NCBI GenBank assembly: GCA_964579515.1
Contig: CAZOHA010000003.1
Span: 12,346-76,345, forward strand
Source: an uncultured Bacteroides sp.
GTDB taxonomy: Bacteria > Bacteroidota > Bacteroidia > Bacteroidales > GCA-2748055
Direction: 5' to 3'
Length of the DNA stretch: 64,000 nt
Shown here: one piece after another, positions 37,513 to 46,259 of the stretch
Numbering within the stretch: position 1 is the stretch's first letter
Layout: each line of letters starts with the position of its first letter
Notes under the pieces: generated by a model
What the model was told of the DNA's origin: nothing
Seen by the model: only the letters and a program-made list of their open reading frames with translations
The model's database searches: none
Program-made: the position numbers and the translations under genes

Positions 37513-38967
37513 CTACTGTCCGGTACGTTCTCCGATGGGCGAAAGTTTGATAACCCGGTCGGGTCGGTTCACCACCACGTAGACATTCCCCTCCGGATCC
37601 AGACCCACGTCCCTTACCCGGCCGTAGTTCTTCAGGATCACCTCCTGGTGCATCACCCGGTCTTCGGCGATATCGAGCAATCGAACGTCCTCATACTTGA
37701 GTGCCCCGACCAGCAGTTTATTGTTCCATTTCGGGAACGCCTCACCCTGGTAAAATTCGATCCCGCACACCGCTGTGGAAGGTTTCCAGTAAAGCACCGG
37801 CTGCTGGTAACCCTCCTTTCGGGTAAGTTCTGTGATGATGGTTCCGTTGTAATTACGGCCGTATGAGATCACCGGCCAGCCGTAATTGACCCCTTTCCGG
37901 ATCAGATTCAGCTCGTCTCCGCCCAGAGGACCGTGCTCCGCGGCCCAGACCTGGTCCGTGGCAGGATGGACCGAAACGCCCTGCGGATTGCGGTTTCCAA
38001 GGGTATAGAGCGTGGGCAGTCCCCGGTCCCTGTAAGGATTGTCGTCCGGAACAGTCCCGTCGGGATAGATCCGGTGGATCTTTCCGTTGGGCAGAGTGGG
38101 ATCCTGGGCCATATCCTGCCGTCCGCGGTCCCCGATGCTGAAGTAGAGGTAGCCCTTTTTATCGAAAACAATGCGGTTTCCGTAATGGTGCCGGGTGGTC
38201 AGATAGGTCTCCCGAGGAGCCTCGTAGATGAGCTGCTCGTCGGTCCACTCCAGATCCCTGATCCTTCCCCGGACGATCCGGGTCATGGCCGGGGGACGCT
38301 GGTCGACCTGGCGGGAATCCAGTACGTGGCTGTAAGAGAGGTAGATCCAGCCATTTTCGCTGAATCCGGGATCGATGTTCACATCCATCAGTCCCCCCTG
38401 ACCTTCATGGAGAACCTCCGGTGTTCCCGAAACCGGCTTTTCCTGCAACTCCCCGTTGATCACCATGCGAAGGGTCCCGGACCTTTCGGTCACCAGTGCC
38501 CTCTCCTGATCCAGGAAAACAATGGCCCAGGGGATGGTCAGATCATCCACCCAGACCTCGGCTTTGATGGTATACTCGATACTCTCCAGGGTGGAAGGAG
38601 GATCGGGCTTGACAGCCCCCGCCCTGTTCTGCTCGGCATACAGGAAATCGACAAGAAGACTGATCTCATTGTCGGTCAGCGTGTTCTCATACGAGGGCAT
38701 CCCCAGGTGCGGAATGCCGAACTTGATATTGCGGCTGACATAGCCTCTTCCGTCGCCGAATTGCCAGATCCCGTCCAGCAGACTCTGGGCATTTCCCCCT
38801 CTCAGGTCGGTCCCGTGGCAGGTGGAGCAATACTGATCATAAAGTAATGCTGCCCTGTCATCGTCCTGACTTCCTGCTGTGGCCCGGTTGCAGGAAAAGG
38901 TCCAGGGGATCAGAACCAGCCCCCCAAACAAGAAAATCAGCCCCGGAGTAAACTTATAGCCTTTCAT
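37513..38967 (-). CDS. PQQ-dependent sugar (glucose/sorbosone) dehydrogenase with N-terminal cytochrome c domain
   Basis: Signal peptide. YDQYCSTCHG (CxxCH) ... GMPSY. Then beta-propeller GSDH motifs (PWAIVFL, GQGGLMDV, HYGNRIVF, GDRG, EHGPLGGDELN, NYGWP). Confidence 0.85.
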   Translation of the reverse strand: MKGYKFTPGLIFLFGGLVLIPWTFSCNRATAGSQDDDRAALLYDQYCSTCHGTDLRGGNAQSLLDGIWQFGDGRGYVSRNIKFGIPHLGMPSYENTLTDNEISLLVDFLYAEQNRAGAVKPDPPSTLESIEYTIKAEVWVDDLTIPWAIVFLDQERALVTERSGTLRMVINGELQEKPVSGTPEVLHEGQGGLMDVNIDPGFSENGWIYLSYSHVLDSRQVDQRPPAMTRIVRGRIRDLEWTDEQLIYEAPRETYLTTRHHYGNRIVFDKKGYLYFSIGDRGRQDMAQDPTLPNGKIHRIYPDGTVPDDNPYRDRGLPTLYTLGNRNPQGVSVHPATDQVWAAEHGPLGGDELNLIRKGVNYGWPVISYGRNYNGTIITELTRKEGYQQPVLYWKPSTAVCGIEFYQGEAFPKWNNKLLVGALKYEDVRLLDIAEDRVMHQEVILKNYGRVRDVGLDPEGNVYVVVNRPDRVIKLSPIGERTGQ

Positions 38968-39026
38968 GGTGTTTTTTTTGTAATTAAAGGAATTCAGGCA
39001 AATTCATCAACTGTAAACCACCGCTT

Positions 39027-41147
39027 TTGATTCGGACAGCCTTATCCATATTCATTATATTTAGCGGAATTCTCTTCGCTGCAGCCCAGGAAGTCCCTGT
39101 GCCCGATACCGCCGGTGCTCCCGCTGCAGGGGATGCTCCTTTCACGGGAGACGCTCCTGCCGCCGATTCGCTCCTCCTGGAGGATGTCACCATCTCCCTT
39201 CTTCCCTTCCGGGAGACCTACAGCCGTGCCACCGGAAGTGTATACCGGCTGAACACCTCTGATCTGGACCGGGCGGCGAACATCAATCCGGCCGATCTGA
39301 TCAATGTGGTTCCGGGGGTCCGGATGGCGATCGGGACCTACAATACCAACCGGCTGGTGATCCGGGGAGTGGGATCCAGGACTCCCTACAATACCAACCG
39401 GATCAGGATCTATCTCGACGACATTCCTTTGACCTCCGGTGACGGGATCAGCTCCATGGAGGATCAGGACCCCCTGGCCATCGGGAGTATCGAGATCCTG
39501 AAAGGACCCTCCTCCGCCCTGTACGGATCGGGACTGGGGGGAGTGGTCAGGCTCCGCTCTCCCTATCCCGCTGTCGACGGAGTCCAGGGTTCTGTGATCG
39601 GAGAGGCCGGATCGTTCGGAACCCTCCGTTACGGAACTCTCTGGAAATTCAGGAAGAACCGCATAGCTGCAAGTGGTGGTCTGGTCAGGTCCGTTTCCGA
39701 CGGTTTCAGGGAGAATAACAGATACGAGCGGACCAGTGCATTTGCCAGTCTCCGCTACTTCAGGGAGCGCCATACGCTCTCAATGACCCTCTCCTTTACC
39801 GGCCTTTTCGCCCGTATCCCCAGTTCGCTCAACGAAGAAGACTTCACTGAAAATCCCACGAAAGCTGCTCCCAACTGGTTGGCAGTAAATGGTTTTGAAG
39901 AATATCGAAAAGCCCTGATCGGAATCAGGGGCGAAACAAGTCTGACCCCCCGCCTCAAGAACCATCTGGTTCTGTTTACCTCTTTCGCCGATCCCTATGA
40001 ATCGAGGCCCTTTAATATCCTGGACGACCGCTCTTTCAATCTCGGATTCAGGGAATATCTGGAGGCGGGATGGGATCACTGGAGCCTCCGGGGGGGATTG
40101 GAGTTGTTCCATGAATGGTACGGATGGCAGATCTATCAGACTCTTTCGGGTGAACAGGGAGAGATGCAGTCAGATTACCGGGAGATCAGGAAATACTTCA
40201 ACGGTTTTGCATTGGTGCAATGGAGACCCGATGACCGGTTCCTCCTGGATGCCGGGTTGAATCTGAATGTGCTGAACTATGAGGTGGTCTCTCTGCTGGG
40301 GGCCGGACCGGCCGATCAGACAGGAAGTTACACCTACCGTCCGGTGATCTCCCCCCGGCTGGGTATCAGCTATCGCCCTGCCCGCCTCCATACCCTCTAT
40401 GCCTCGGCGGGTCACGGTTTTTCTGCGCCGTCACTTGAAGAGACTCTTCTGCCGGATGGCCTCATTAATACTGAATTGAAGCCGGAAACGGGCTGGAACA
40501 TGGAGGCGGGCGCTCGTGGAATGATCGGTGATCAACGTTGGAGGTACGATGCCACGCTCTATGCCATCCTGCTGGAAAACATGCTGGTAACCGAGCGCCT
40601 CGCGGAGGATATCTTTACAGGTGCCAATGCGGGCAGAGCGCTGAATACAGGTCTGGAACTGCAACTGAAATGGTCGCTTCACGGCGAGCGGTCCGCACCT
40701 CCTTTCAATCTCCATACCATGCTGGGATACACCATTTCAAACAACCGATTCCTGGAATTCGTCGATGACGGGATCGATTACAGCGGGAATCATCTTCCCG
40801 GAATTCCGCAACAGGTCCTTCACCTTCAGGCATCCGGCGAGAGCAGGGGTGCAAAGGTCAGGATCCACTACCGCTGGAACGGGCACCAATGGATGGACGA
40901 TGCCAATGAAAAGTCCTACGAGGGACATCAACTGGTGGACCTCGAGCTCCTCTACGACAGAGATTTGAAAAATTCACCCCTGGGCATTTCCCTGCGCGGC
41001 GGAGTCAGGAACCTTTTCAATACCTCCTATGCCTCCATGATCCTGGTCAATGCCCCTTCCTTCGGCGGATCGCTGCCGAGATACTACTATCCGGGTCCGC
41101 CGCGCCGTATTTTTCTGGGGATCTCCTTCCGTTTCGGGGGCTCCTGA
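39027..41147 (+). CDS. TonB-dependent receptor
   Basis: Signal peptide. Plug motifs (VPGVRMA..RLVIRGVG, IEILKGPSSALYGSGLGGVVRL). A long beta-barrel with a C-terminal FLGISFRF. Confidence 0.9.
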   Translation: MIRTALSIFIIFSGILFAAAQEVPVPDTAGAPAAGDAPFTGDAPAADSLLLEDVTISLLPFRETYSRATGSVYRLNTSDLDRAANINPADLINVVPGVRMAIGTYNTNRLVIRGVGSRTPYNTNRIRIYLDDIPLTSGDGISSMEDQDPLAIGSIEILKGPSSALYGSGLGGVVRLRSPYPAVDGVQGSVIGEAGSFGTLRYGTLWKFRKNRIAASGGLVRSVSDGFRENNRYERTSAFASLRYFRERHTLSMTLSFTGLFARIPSSLNEEDFTENPTKAAPNWLAVNGFEEYRKALIGIRGETSLTPRLKNHLVLFTSFADPYESRPFNILDDRSFNLGFREYLEAGWDHWSLRGGLELFHEWYGWQIYQTLSGEQGEMQSDYREIRKYFNGFALVQWRPDDRFLLDAGLNLNVLNYEVVSLLGAGPADQTGSYTYRPVISPRLGISYRPARLHTLYASAGHGFSAPSLEETLLPDGLINTELKPETGWNMEAGARGMIGDQRWRYDATLYAILLENMLVTERLAEDIFTGANAGRALNTGLELQLKWSLHGERSAPPFNLHTMLGYTISNNRFLEFVDDGIDYSGNHLPGIPQQVLHLQASGESRGAKVRIHYRWNGHQWMDDANEKSYEGHQLVDLELLYDRDLKNSPLGISLRGGVRNLFNTSYASMILVNAPSFGGSLPRYYYPGPPRRIFLGISFRFGGS

Positions 41148-44100
41148 CCGCCTGATGGATATGGGGAACGATCAGGTCATTGATCCGGTCGGCCGTTCCG
41201 TCATAGGTCAGTGTAACGATGGGAACTCCCGTTATTTCCCGGATCTTCCTGGTCATGGCCTCTGTCACCAGTGCGGGGCAACAGAAGGAGGGATTGGTCT
41301 GCACGAAAAGGGACACGTTGGGGTAATTCTCCGTAATATAAAATATTTTCAGAATGTTATCATGGGATTCCCCCGAATGGAGCGGCTGGATGTTAAACTG
41401 CTTCAGATACTGTTCCAGCCTGCCGGGCTGGATTACCGGGGCCGGTCCCAGATGAGGCCTGAAATACCGGTAGTATTTTTCGTCCATGAACTTCAGAACG
41501 TTCAGCATTATCCGGTTGATGGTAGTCTCCACATGTTCCCCGCGTTGCTTTGCCCGTCTGAAGATGTTTTCAATGACGATCTTGGCGTAATCATGATACG
41601 GGGTAACGAGGGCTTCACCGCCTGCTTCCTCGATGTGCCGGACCAGATCCATATTCATGACATCATTGTCTCTCACATAGAGATCCCCGAATATCGCCAC
41701 CAGCGGTTTCCTCTCCTGATTGTCATATCCGATCGTATCGACCTGCTCCATGGCCTCCCTGATGGCCTGATCGATGGAAACACTGCCCTCCATGGCTGTT
41801 TGGAGGATACGGTACACCCGGGTAAAAACGCGGTCGGTCTGACCGGGCTCTGTTTCATAGGGACGGATCCTGCAGGCGGTCTTCCGGAACAACCCGCCCA
41901 GCATGTAGGCGAAATAGGCGTAATAGGTGATGCTTAGCGAGAGCTCTCTGTGGGAGATCTCCCCTGCATAGACACTGGCTTTCTCCATACCCCGGCCGTT
42001 TGCTTCCAGGATACGTTTGATGTAATAGGGATATTGCCTTAGATTACAGGTTATTCTGCCCTCACTCATCCAGACCATGACCCGGGAAGGATCGAGCTCA
42101 TGTTTCTCGATATAGTCGATGGCATCCTGCGCGATGATATTGATCGGCAGACACTGGCCGGTGTTGTGGACCATGCTTTTGCGGATGCTCAGCTCGGTAG
42201 TCTCCAGCATGCGGGCATCGATACCGGCCCGCCTCAGATTGGCAACTAACAGGGGACCCACGAACGGATCCCAGTTGGGCATCAAAAGGGTCTTCCCGTC
42301 GATCTGACGGTCCACCTTCGGCAACAGCACACTCAGATCGGGAGCCGGGACACTGCGGCCCTTCCTGAAATGATTCCTGAAAGATCTCAGCGCTGCTTCG
42401 ATGCGGGTCTCATAACCCACATTCGAATCGTGCTCATCGATCTGGATGATCAGGTAGGGTTTATCATACAGATCCATCAGCTGTTTAAAGTATTCCAGGA
42501 TGAAGGAATCGGGAGCACACTTGAAAGCGGTGACCAGTACCGGGTAGAGTCCGGGTTTGCGGCAAACTCGGTCGGCAGCCCTGAGAATATTTACCGCGAA
42601 ATGCCAGGGAACCTTTTCCAGCAGACCTGTCAACTCCCCGCTGATGTCGTTTTCCCCGGGGAGCATATCCTGGTACCAGGCCCGGATGCCCATTCCGGCA
42701 AATATATCCGGGATCCCTTTGTTCAGTGTTCCCGACAGCACCACATAGGGCCTTCCCAGCAGCATGACCTCCACATCGTCACCGGAACCGCTGATCTCGG
42801 TGAAAAGGGATTCCAGTCTTAGCTTCATTTCTGCACAGTAATTGTCTGCGAATTGCATGGCCTCTTTGATGTCGGTTATCCCCGGTTCATGGTATCCCAT
42901 CCAGGCGAGGCTCCCTGCAAGCAGCTTGGTATTCCGGTGATGGTTCTTCCGGAAATTGAGCATGGGGCTGACCAGTTTTTTTGCCATCCCGGAGCTTTCC
43001 ACGCTGGCAAGAGAGGCACTGAACTGAGTATAGTAACAAAAGTTCTGCTCCGTGCCGCCGGGCCTGTTCCTCGCCTCCAGATAGACCGGCATAAAAACAT
43101 ATTCCGAATTCTCAGCCAGATAACTGAGGTGTCCGTACATGGAATCGATGGGAGCACAGAATTCCGCTCCGGCGATCTTTTTCCCTGTTTTCAGAGAATC
43201 CCGGTAGTTCTCGCTGGTATGGACGGGAATACCCAGGTGGCGGAAGAAAGCCTTCCAGTAGGTCAGGTCGGCGGCCAGGTGAAGAGTGGAGGGTATTCCG
43301 ATCTCAGAAGACCCCTTCAAAGGCTCCTCCTTCCCGGTGAGTTTCTCCCGCTCTTTAAGCAGATCGAAAACCTGACCCTCTTTTCTGACAAACCTTCTGG
43401 TATGATAATCCCTGCCGCAAAGAAAGCCATAGGCCTCTTTTTCGCCGTTGATTTCCGCCACACTGATGGTGCATCTGTTCAGGCAGAGCTCACATGTTTC
43501 TGTACTGACCGGGATCCTGATCCGGTAAAGACCCAGACCCCTGAAATGAGTGCCGCCCTTGAACTCCTCCCGCAGGATCAGGGCGGTTCCAAGAGCACCG
43601 GTCAGGTGACAGAGCCGGGACACGTGGATCGGTTTTCCGAGCCGCTGCTCGAAAGCTGCAACCAGAGCCCGGTTCCTGGCGGTTGCTCCCTGAAAGCAGA
43701 TCTGTTCACCGATGTGGGATTCGCTGGCCACTTTCTTCAGGTAATTCTCCCTGACCGAGTGGATCACGGTGGCTAGCACCTCCTCCACAGGGTAGCCACT
43801 GCTGAGCAGCTGATTGATGTCACGCTCCATAAACACCGTGCACCGGTCGCTGGCCAGGGGCGCTTTTCGCCCTAATACCTTTTTCTCGTAATCTTCCAGA
43901 CCGGCCCCCAGCCGTCCCGCCAGCTCTTCGATAAAACTTCCCGTCCCGGCAGCACAGACGGTGTTCATATGCGAAAAGGTAACCACCCCGTCCTTCATCT
44001 GGGTGAATTTGGCATCCTGACCCCCGATCTCGATGATCGTATCGGTCTCCGGATTCAGCTCATGGGCCGCCCTGGCATGCGCAGTGATTTCGTCCACCAC

Positions 44101-45306
44101 CTGATCGGCTCTGATGATATTCCCGATAAACTTCCTTCCCGAACCTGTGGTGGCACTTCCCTTTATGGAAAGAGGAACATTCTTCTCCTCCCCCATCCTC
44201 ACCATCGCTTCAAACAGCGCCTGAACCGCTTTTAACGGCTGGCCCGCCGTATAGGTGTAAAACCCTGCGAAAGGATCGCCTTCGGTGGTAAGCAAGATTG
44301 CTTTGGTGCTGGTGGAACCCACATCGATCCCCAGGAAGAAACCCGGACCGGTACTTTCCGGCTCCCGGAACAGTTCCACCTGCACACTGTCGGTATGATC
44401 AGCCACAGCGGGCTGAAAAAGCTTCCGCTCCAGCAGGCGGATTTTTTCCCGGGTCTCTTCAGTGGGTTTCAGCGGCTCATAGAAGTATTCCAGTTTTTTC
44501 TTCTCTTTCCATAGTTGCGCCGGTTCCCACTCCCTTATCACCCGGTCCTCCGACTCTTTCCATAACAGGTAGGCGGCTCCGGCAGCCGAAAATAGGTGCG
44601 AGAGTGGATGATGGATAAATTCAGTTCCCGCTAACCGTTGCAGGTGTCTGATGACAGAGCGGTTCCTGGAGACTCCGCCTGTCACTGCAACGGGGGGATC
44701 AGGGACCGATTTGTTAAACAACGTACCGGCTATGTTATCGGCCAGTCCTTTACACAGGCTGTCACAGATCGCTTCCAGACCGTATCCCCTTTGCTGTGCA
44801 TGGATCAGATCCGTCTTGGCGAAAACAGAACACCTGGCGGCGATATCGGGTACGGGGGCATTGTTTTTCAGGGCAAAGTCGGAGAGTTGCTCTGCACCGG
44901 CCAGTTGCAATCTTCGGGCCTGTTGATCCAGGAAACTGCCCGTTCCTGCAGCACAGGAGGAACTGTGACTGGTCTGAAGGTATCCGCCGTTTCCGTCAAG
45001 TTCAATCATGTAGAACTTTTCGGCTCCGATATGGAGGACCGACCTGGCGTTCAGCCTGAACAATTCTAAAGCTTCCATCAACGACACCTGCTGATCAAAT
45101 ATCCTCACTGAATCCCCGAAGCGATTCTTCCCCGAGGGTGCAGCCATGCCGGTCAGACCGGCAGTTTCATATGGCCGGAACATCGATTCGAAGGTATCCC
45201 TGACGTTTCCGTGGTGAAGCCTGTACTGGTGAGACTGCAGCTTCCCTCGCGCGTCAAGAGCCGCCATTGCAACGGAGACCGATCCTATGTCGACACCCAG
45301 TATCAT
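41047..45306 (-). CDS. 1419-aa fusion: two BcrAD/BadFG (HgdC-type) activase ATPase domains plus a C-terminal dehydratase/DUF2229-like region
   Basis: Two ASKHA modules, each with the activase signatures (ILGVDIGSVS...SSCAAGTGSFLDQQA...ARCSVFAKTD and FLGIDVGSTSTK...NTVCAAGTGSFIEELA...DRCTVFMERD). About 800 aa follow. Confidence 0.8.
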   Translation of the reverse strand: MILGVDIGSVSVAMAALDARGKLQSHQYRLHHGNVRDTFESMFRPYETAGLTGMAAPSGKNRFGDSVRIFDQQVSLMEALELFRLNARSVLHIGAEKFYMIELDGNGGYLQTSHSSSCAAGTGSFLDQQARRLQLAGAEQLSDFALKNNAPVPDIAARCSVFAKTDLIHAQQRGYGLEAICDSLCKGLADNIAGTLFNKSVPDPPVAVTGGVSRNRSVIRHLQRLAGTEFIHHPLSHLFSAAGAAYLLWKESEDRVIREWEPAQLWKEKKKLEYFYEPLKPTEETREKIRLLERKLFQPAVADHTDSVQVELFREPESTGPGFFLGIDVGSTSTKAILLTTEGDPFAGFYTYTAGQPLKAVQALFEAMVRMGEEKNVPLSIKGSATTGSGRKFIGNIIRADQVVDEITAHARAAHELNPETDTIIEIGGQDAKFTQMKDGVVTFSHMNTVCAAGTGSFIEELAGRLGAGLEDYEKKVLGRKAPLASDRCTVFMERDINQLLSSGYPVEEVLATVIHSVRENYLKKVASESHIGEQICFQGATARNRALVAAFEQRLGKPIHVSRLCHLTGALGTALILREEFKGGTHFRGLGLYRIRIPVSTETCELCLNRCTISVAEINGEKEAYGFLCGRDYHTRRFVRKEGQVFDLLKEREKLTGKEEPLKGSSEIGIPSTLHLAADLTYWKAFFRHLGIPVHTSENYRDSLKTGKKIAGAEFCAPIDSMYGHLSYLAENSEYVFMPVYLEARNRPGGTEQNFCYYTQFSASLASVESSGMAKKLVSPMLNFRKNHHRNTKLLAGSLAWMGYHEPGITDIKEAMQFADNYCAEMKLRLESLFTEISGSGDDVEVMLLGRPYVVLSGTLNKGIPDIFAGMGIRAWYQDMLPGENDISGELTGLLEKVPWHFAVNILRAADRVCRKPGLYPVLVTAFKCAPDSFILEYFKQLMDLYDKPYLIIQIDEHDSNVGYETRIEAALRSFRNHFRKGRSVPAPDLSVLLPKVDRQIDGKTLLMPNWDPFVGPLLVANLRRAGIDARMLETTELSIRKSMVHNTGQCLPINIIAQDAIDYIEKHELDPSRVMVWMSEGRITCNLRQYPYYIKRILEANGRGMEKASVYAGEISHRELSLSITYYAYFAYMLGGLFRKTACRIRPYETEPGQTDRVFTRVYRILQTAMEGSVSIDQAIREAMEQVDTIGYDNQERKPLVAIFGDLYVRDNDVMNMDLVRHIEEAGGEALVTPYHDYAKIVIENIFRRAKQRGEHVETTINRIMLNVLKFMDEKYYRYFRPHLGPAPVIQPGRLEQYLKQFNIQPLHSGESHDNILKIFYITENYPNVSLFVQTNPSFCCPALVTEAMTRKIREITGVPIVTLTYDGTADRINDLIVPHIHQAVRSPRNGRRSPEKYGAADPDSSISAAIRRRKGH

Positions 45307-45353
45307 AGTACAGGATTATCCCTCTCAAATTATGGATATATTTGTAAAATTCA

Positions 45354-46259
45354 ATGGCTGTCGAGATCCATCGATACGAACAATCGGAAGAAAAGGAATA
45401 TCTTTTTTCCATACTGATTCCCACGTGGAACAACCTTCCCTATTTGCAGAAATGTCTGAACAGCCTGAACAGCCGTTCTGCACACCGGCACCAGATCATT
45501 CTGTTCGTCAATGAGGGCAGCGACGGCACTCTCGGCTGGCTGGAAAAGCATGCCCCGAAAAATGTGGATTATATCCATTCCCCGGAGAATGTGGGTATCT
45601 GCTTTGGTGTAAACCTGGCCAGGAGTCTGGCCCGGGCGGATTATCTGGTATATATGAACGACGACATGGTGGTCTTGCCGGGATGGGATGAGGCACTTAT
45701 GGCAGAGATCGGCAGGTTCGAAACCGATCGGTTCATGTTGTCCTCCACCATGATCGAGCCCCTTCCCTCGGGAAACCCGGCTGTCATCGTTAAGGATTAC
45801 GGGACCCGGCTGGAGGAGTTCAGGGAAAAAGAGTTGCTGGATAACTACCCGGCGTTGTCCGGACCGAACTGGCAGGGAAGCACCTGGCCACCCGTGGTGA
45901 TCCACAGAGATCTCTGGGACCTGGTCGGCGGGTTCAGTATCGAGTTTTCGCCGGGGATGTATTCCGACCCTGATCTTTCTTTCAAGCTTCTCAGAGCCGG
46001 TGTTCGCCATTTTATGGGAGTTGGAACGAGCCTGGTGTATCATTTCGGCTCGAAATCAACCGGCCGGATACGTAAAAATAAGGGGCACCGGATGTTCCTC
46101 ATGAAATGGGGGATCAGTGCCAGGACCCTGAGGAGGGACCTTCTGAAGATGGGCACCCCATGGTCCGGACCGCTGACCGATCCCCTTCCCGATCTGTCAG
46201 GCAGAGTTACGAACAGGCTGAAACGCCTCTGGAATGCATGGTCGCACCGGTCCGGTTAA
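45354..46259 (+). CDS. family-2 glycosyltransferase
   Basis: FSILIPTWNN start and the DxD-like YMNDDMVV. 301 aa. Confidence 0.8.
   Translation: MAVEIHRYEQSEEKEYLFSILIPTWNNLPYLQKCLNSLNSRSAHRHQIILFVNEGSDGTLGWLEKHAPKNVDYIHSPENVGICFGVNLARSLARADYLVYMNDDMVVLPGWDEALMAEIGRFETDRFMLSSTMIEPLPSGNPAVIVKDYGTRLEEFREKELLDNYPALSGPNWQGSTWPPVVIHRDLWDLVGGFSIEFSPGMYSDPDLSFKLLRAGVRHFMGVGTSLVYHFGSKSTGRIRKNKGHRMFLMKWGISARTLRRDLLKMGTPWSGPLTDPLPDLSGRVTNRLKRLWNAWSHRSG

Noticed and set aside
37933-38847. 304-aa + strand ORF
   Set aside because: It is antisense to the PQQ-dependent dehydrogenase gene, which has clear propeller motifs and a CxxCH domain.
38968-39026. Cobalamin or other riboswitch ahead of the TonB-dependent receptor
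   Set aside because: The gap is only 59 nt, which is too short and lacks the conserved B12-box.
41050-43776. Several 150-307-aa + strand ORFs within the activase-fusion gene
   Set aside because: All are antisense to a continuous 1419-aa ORF with duplicated activase signatures.
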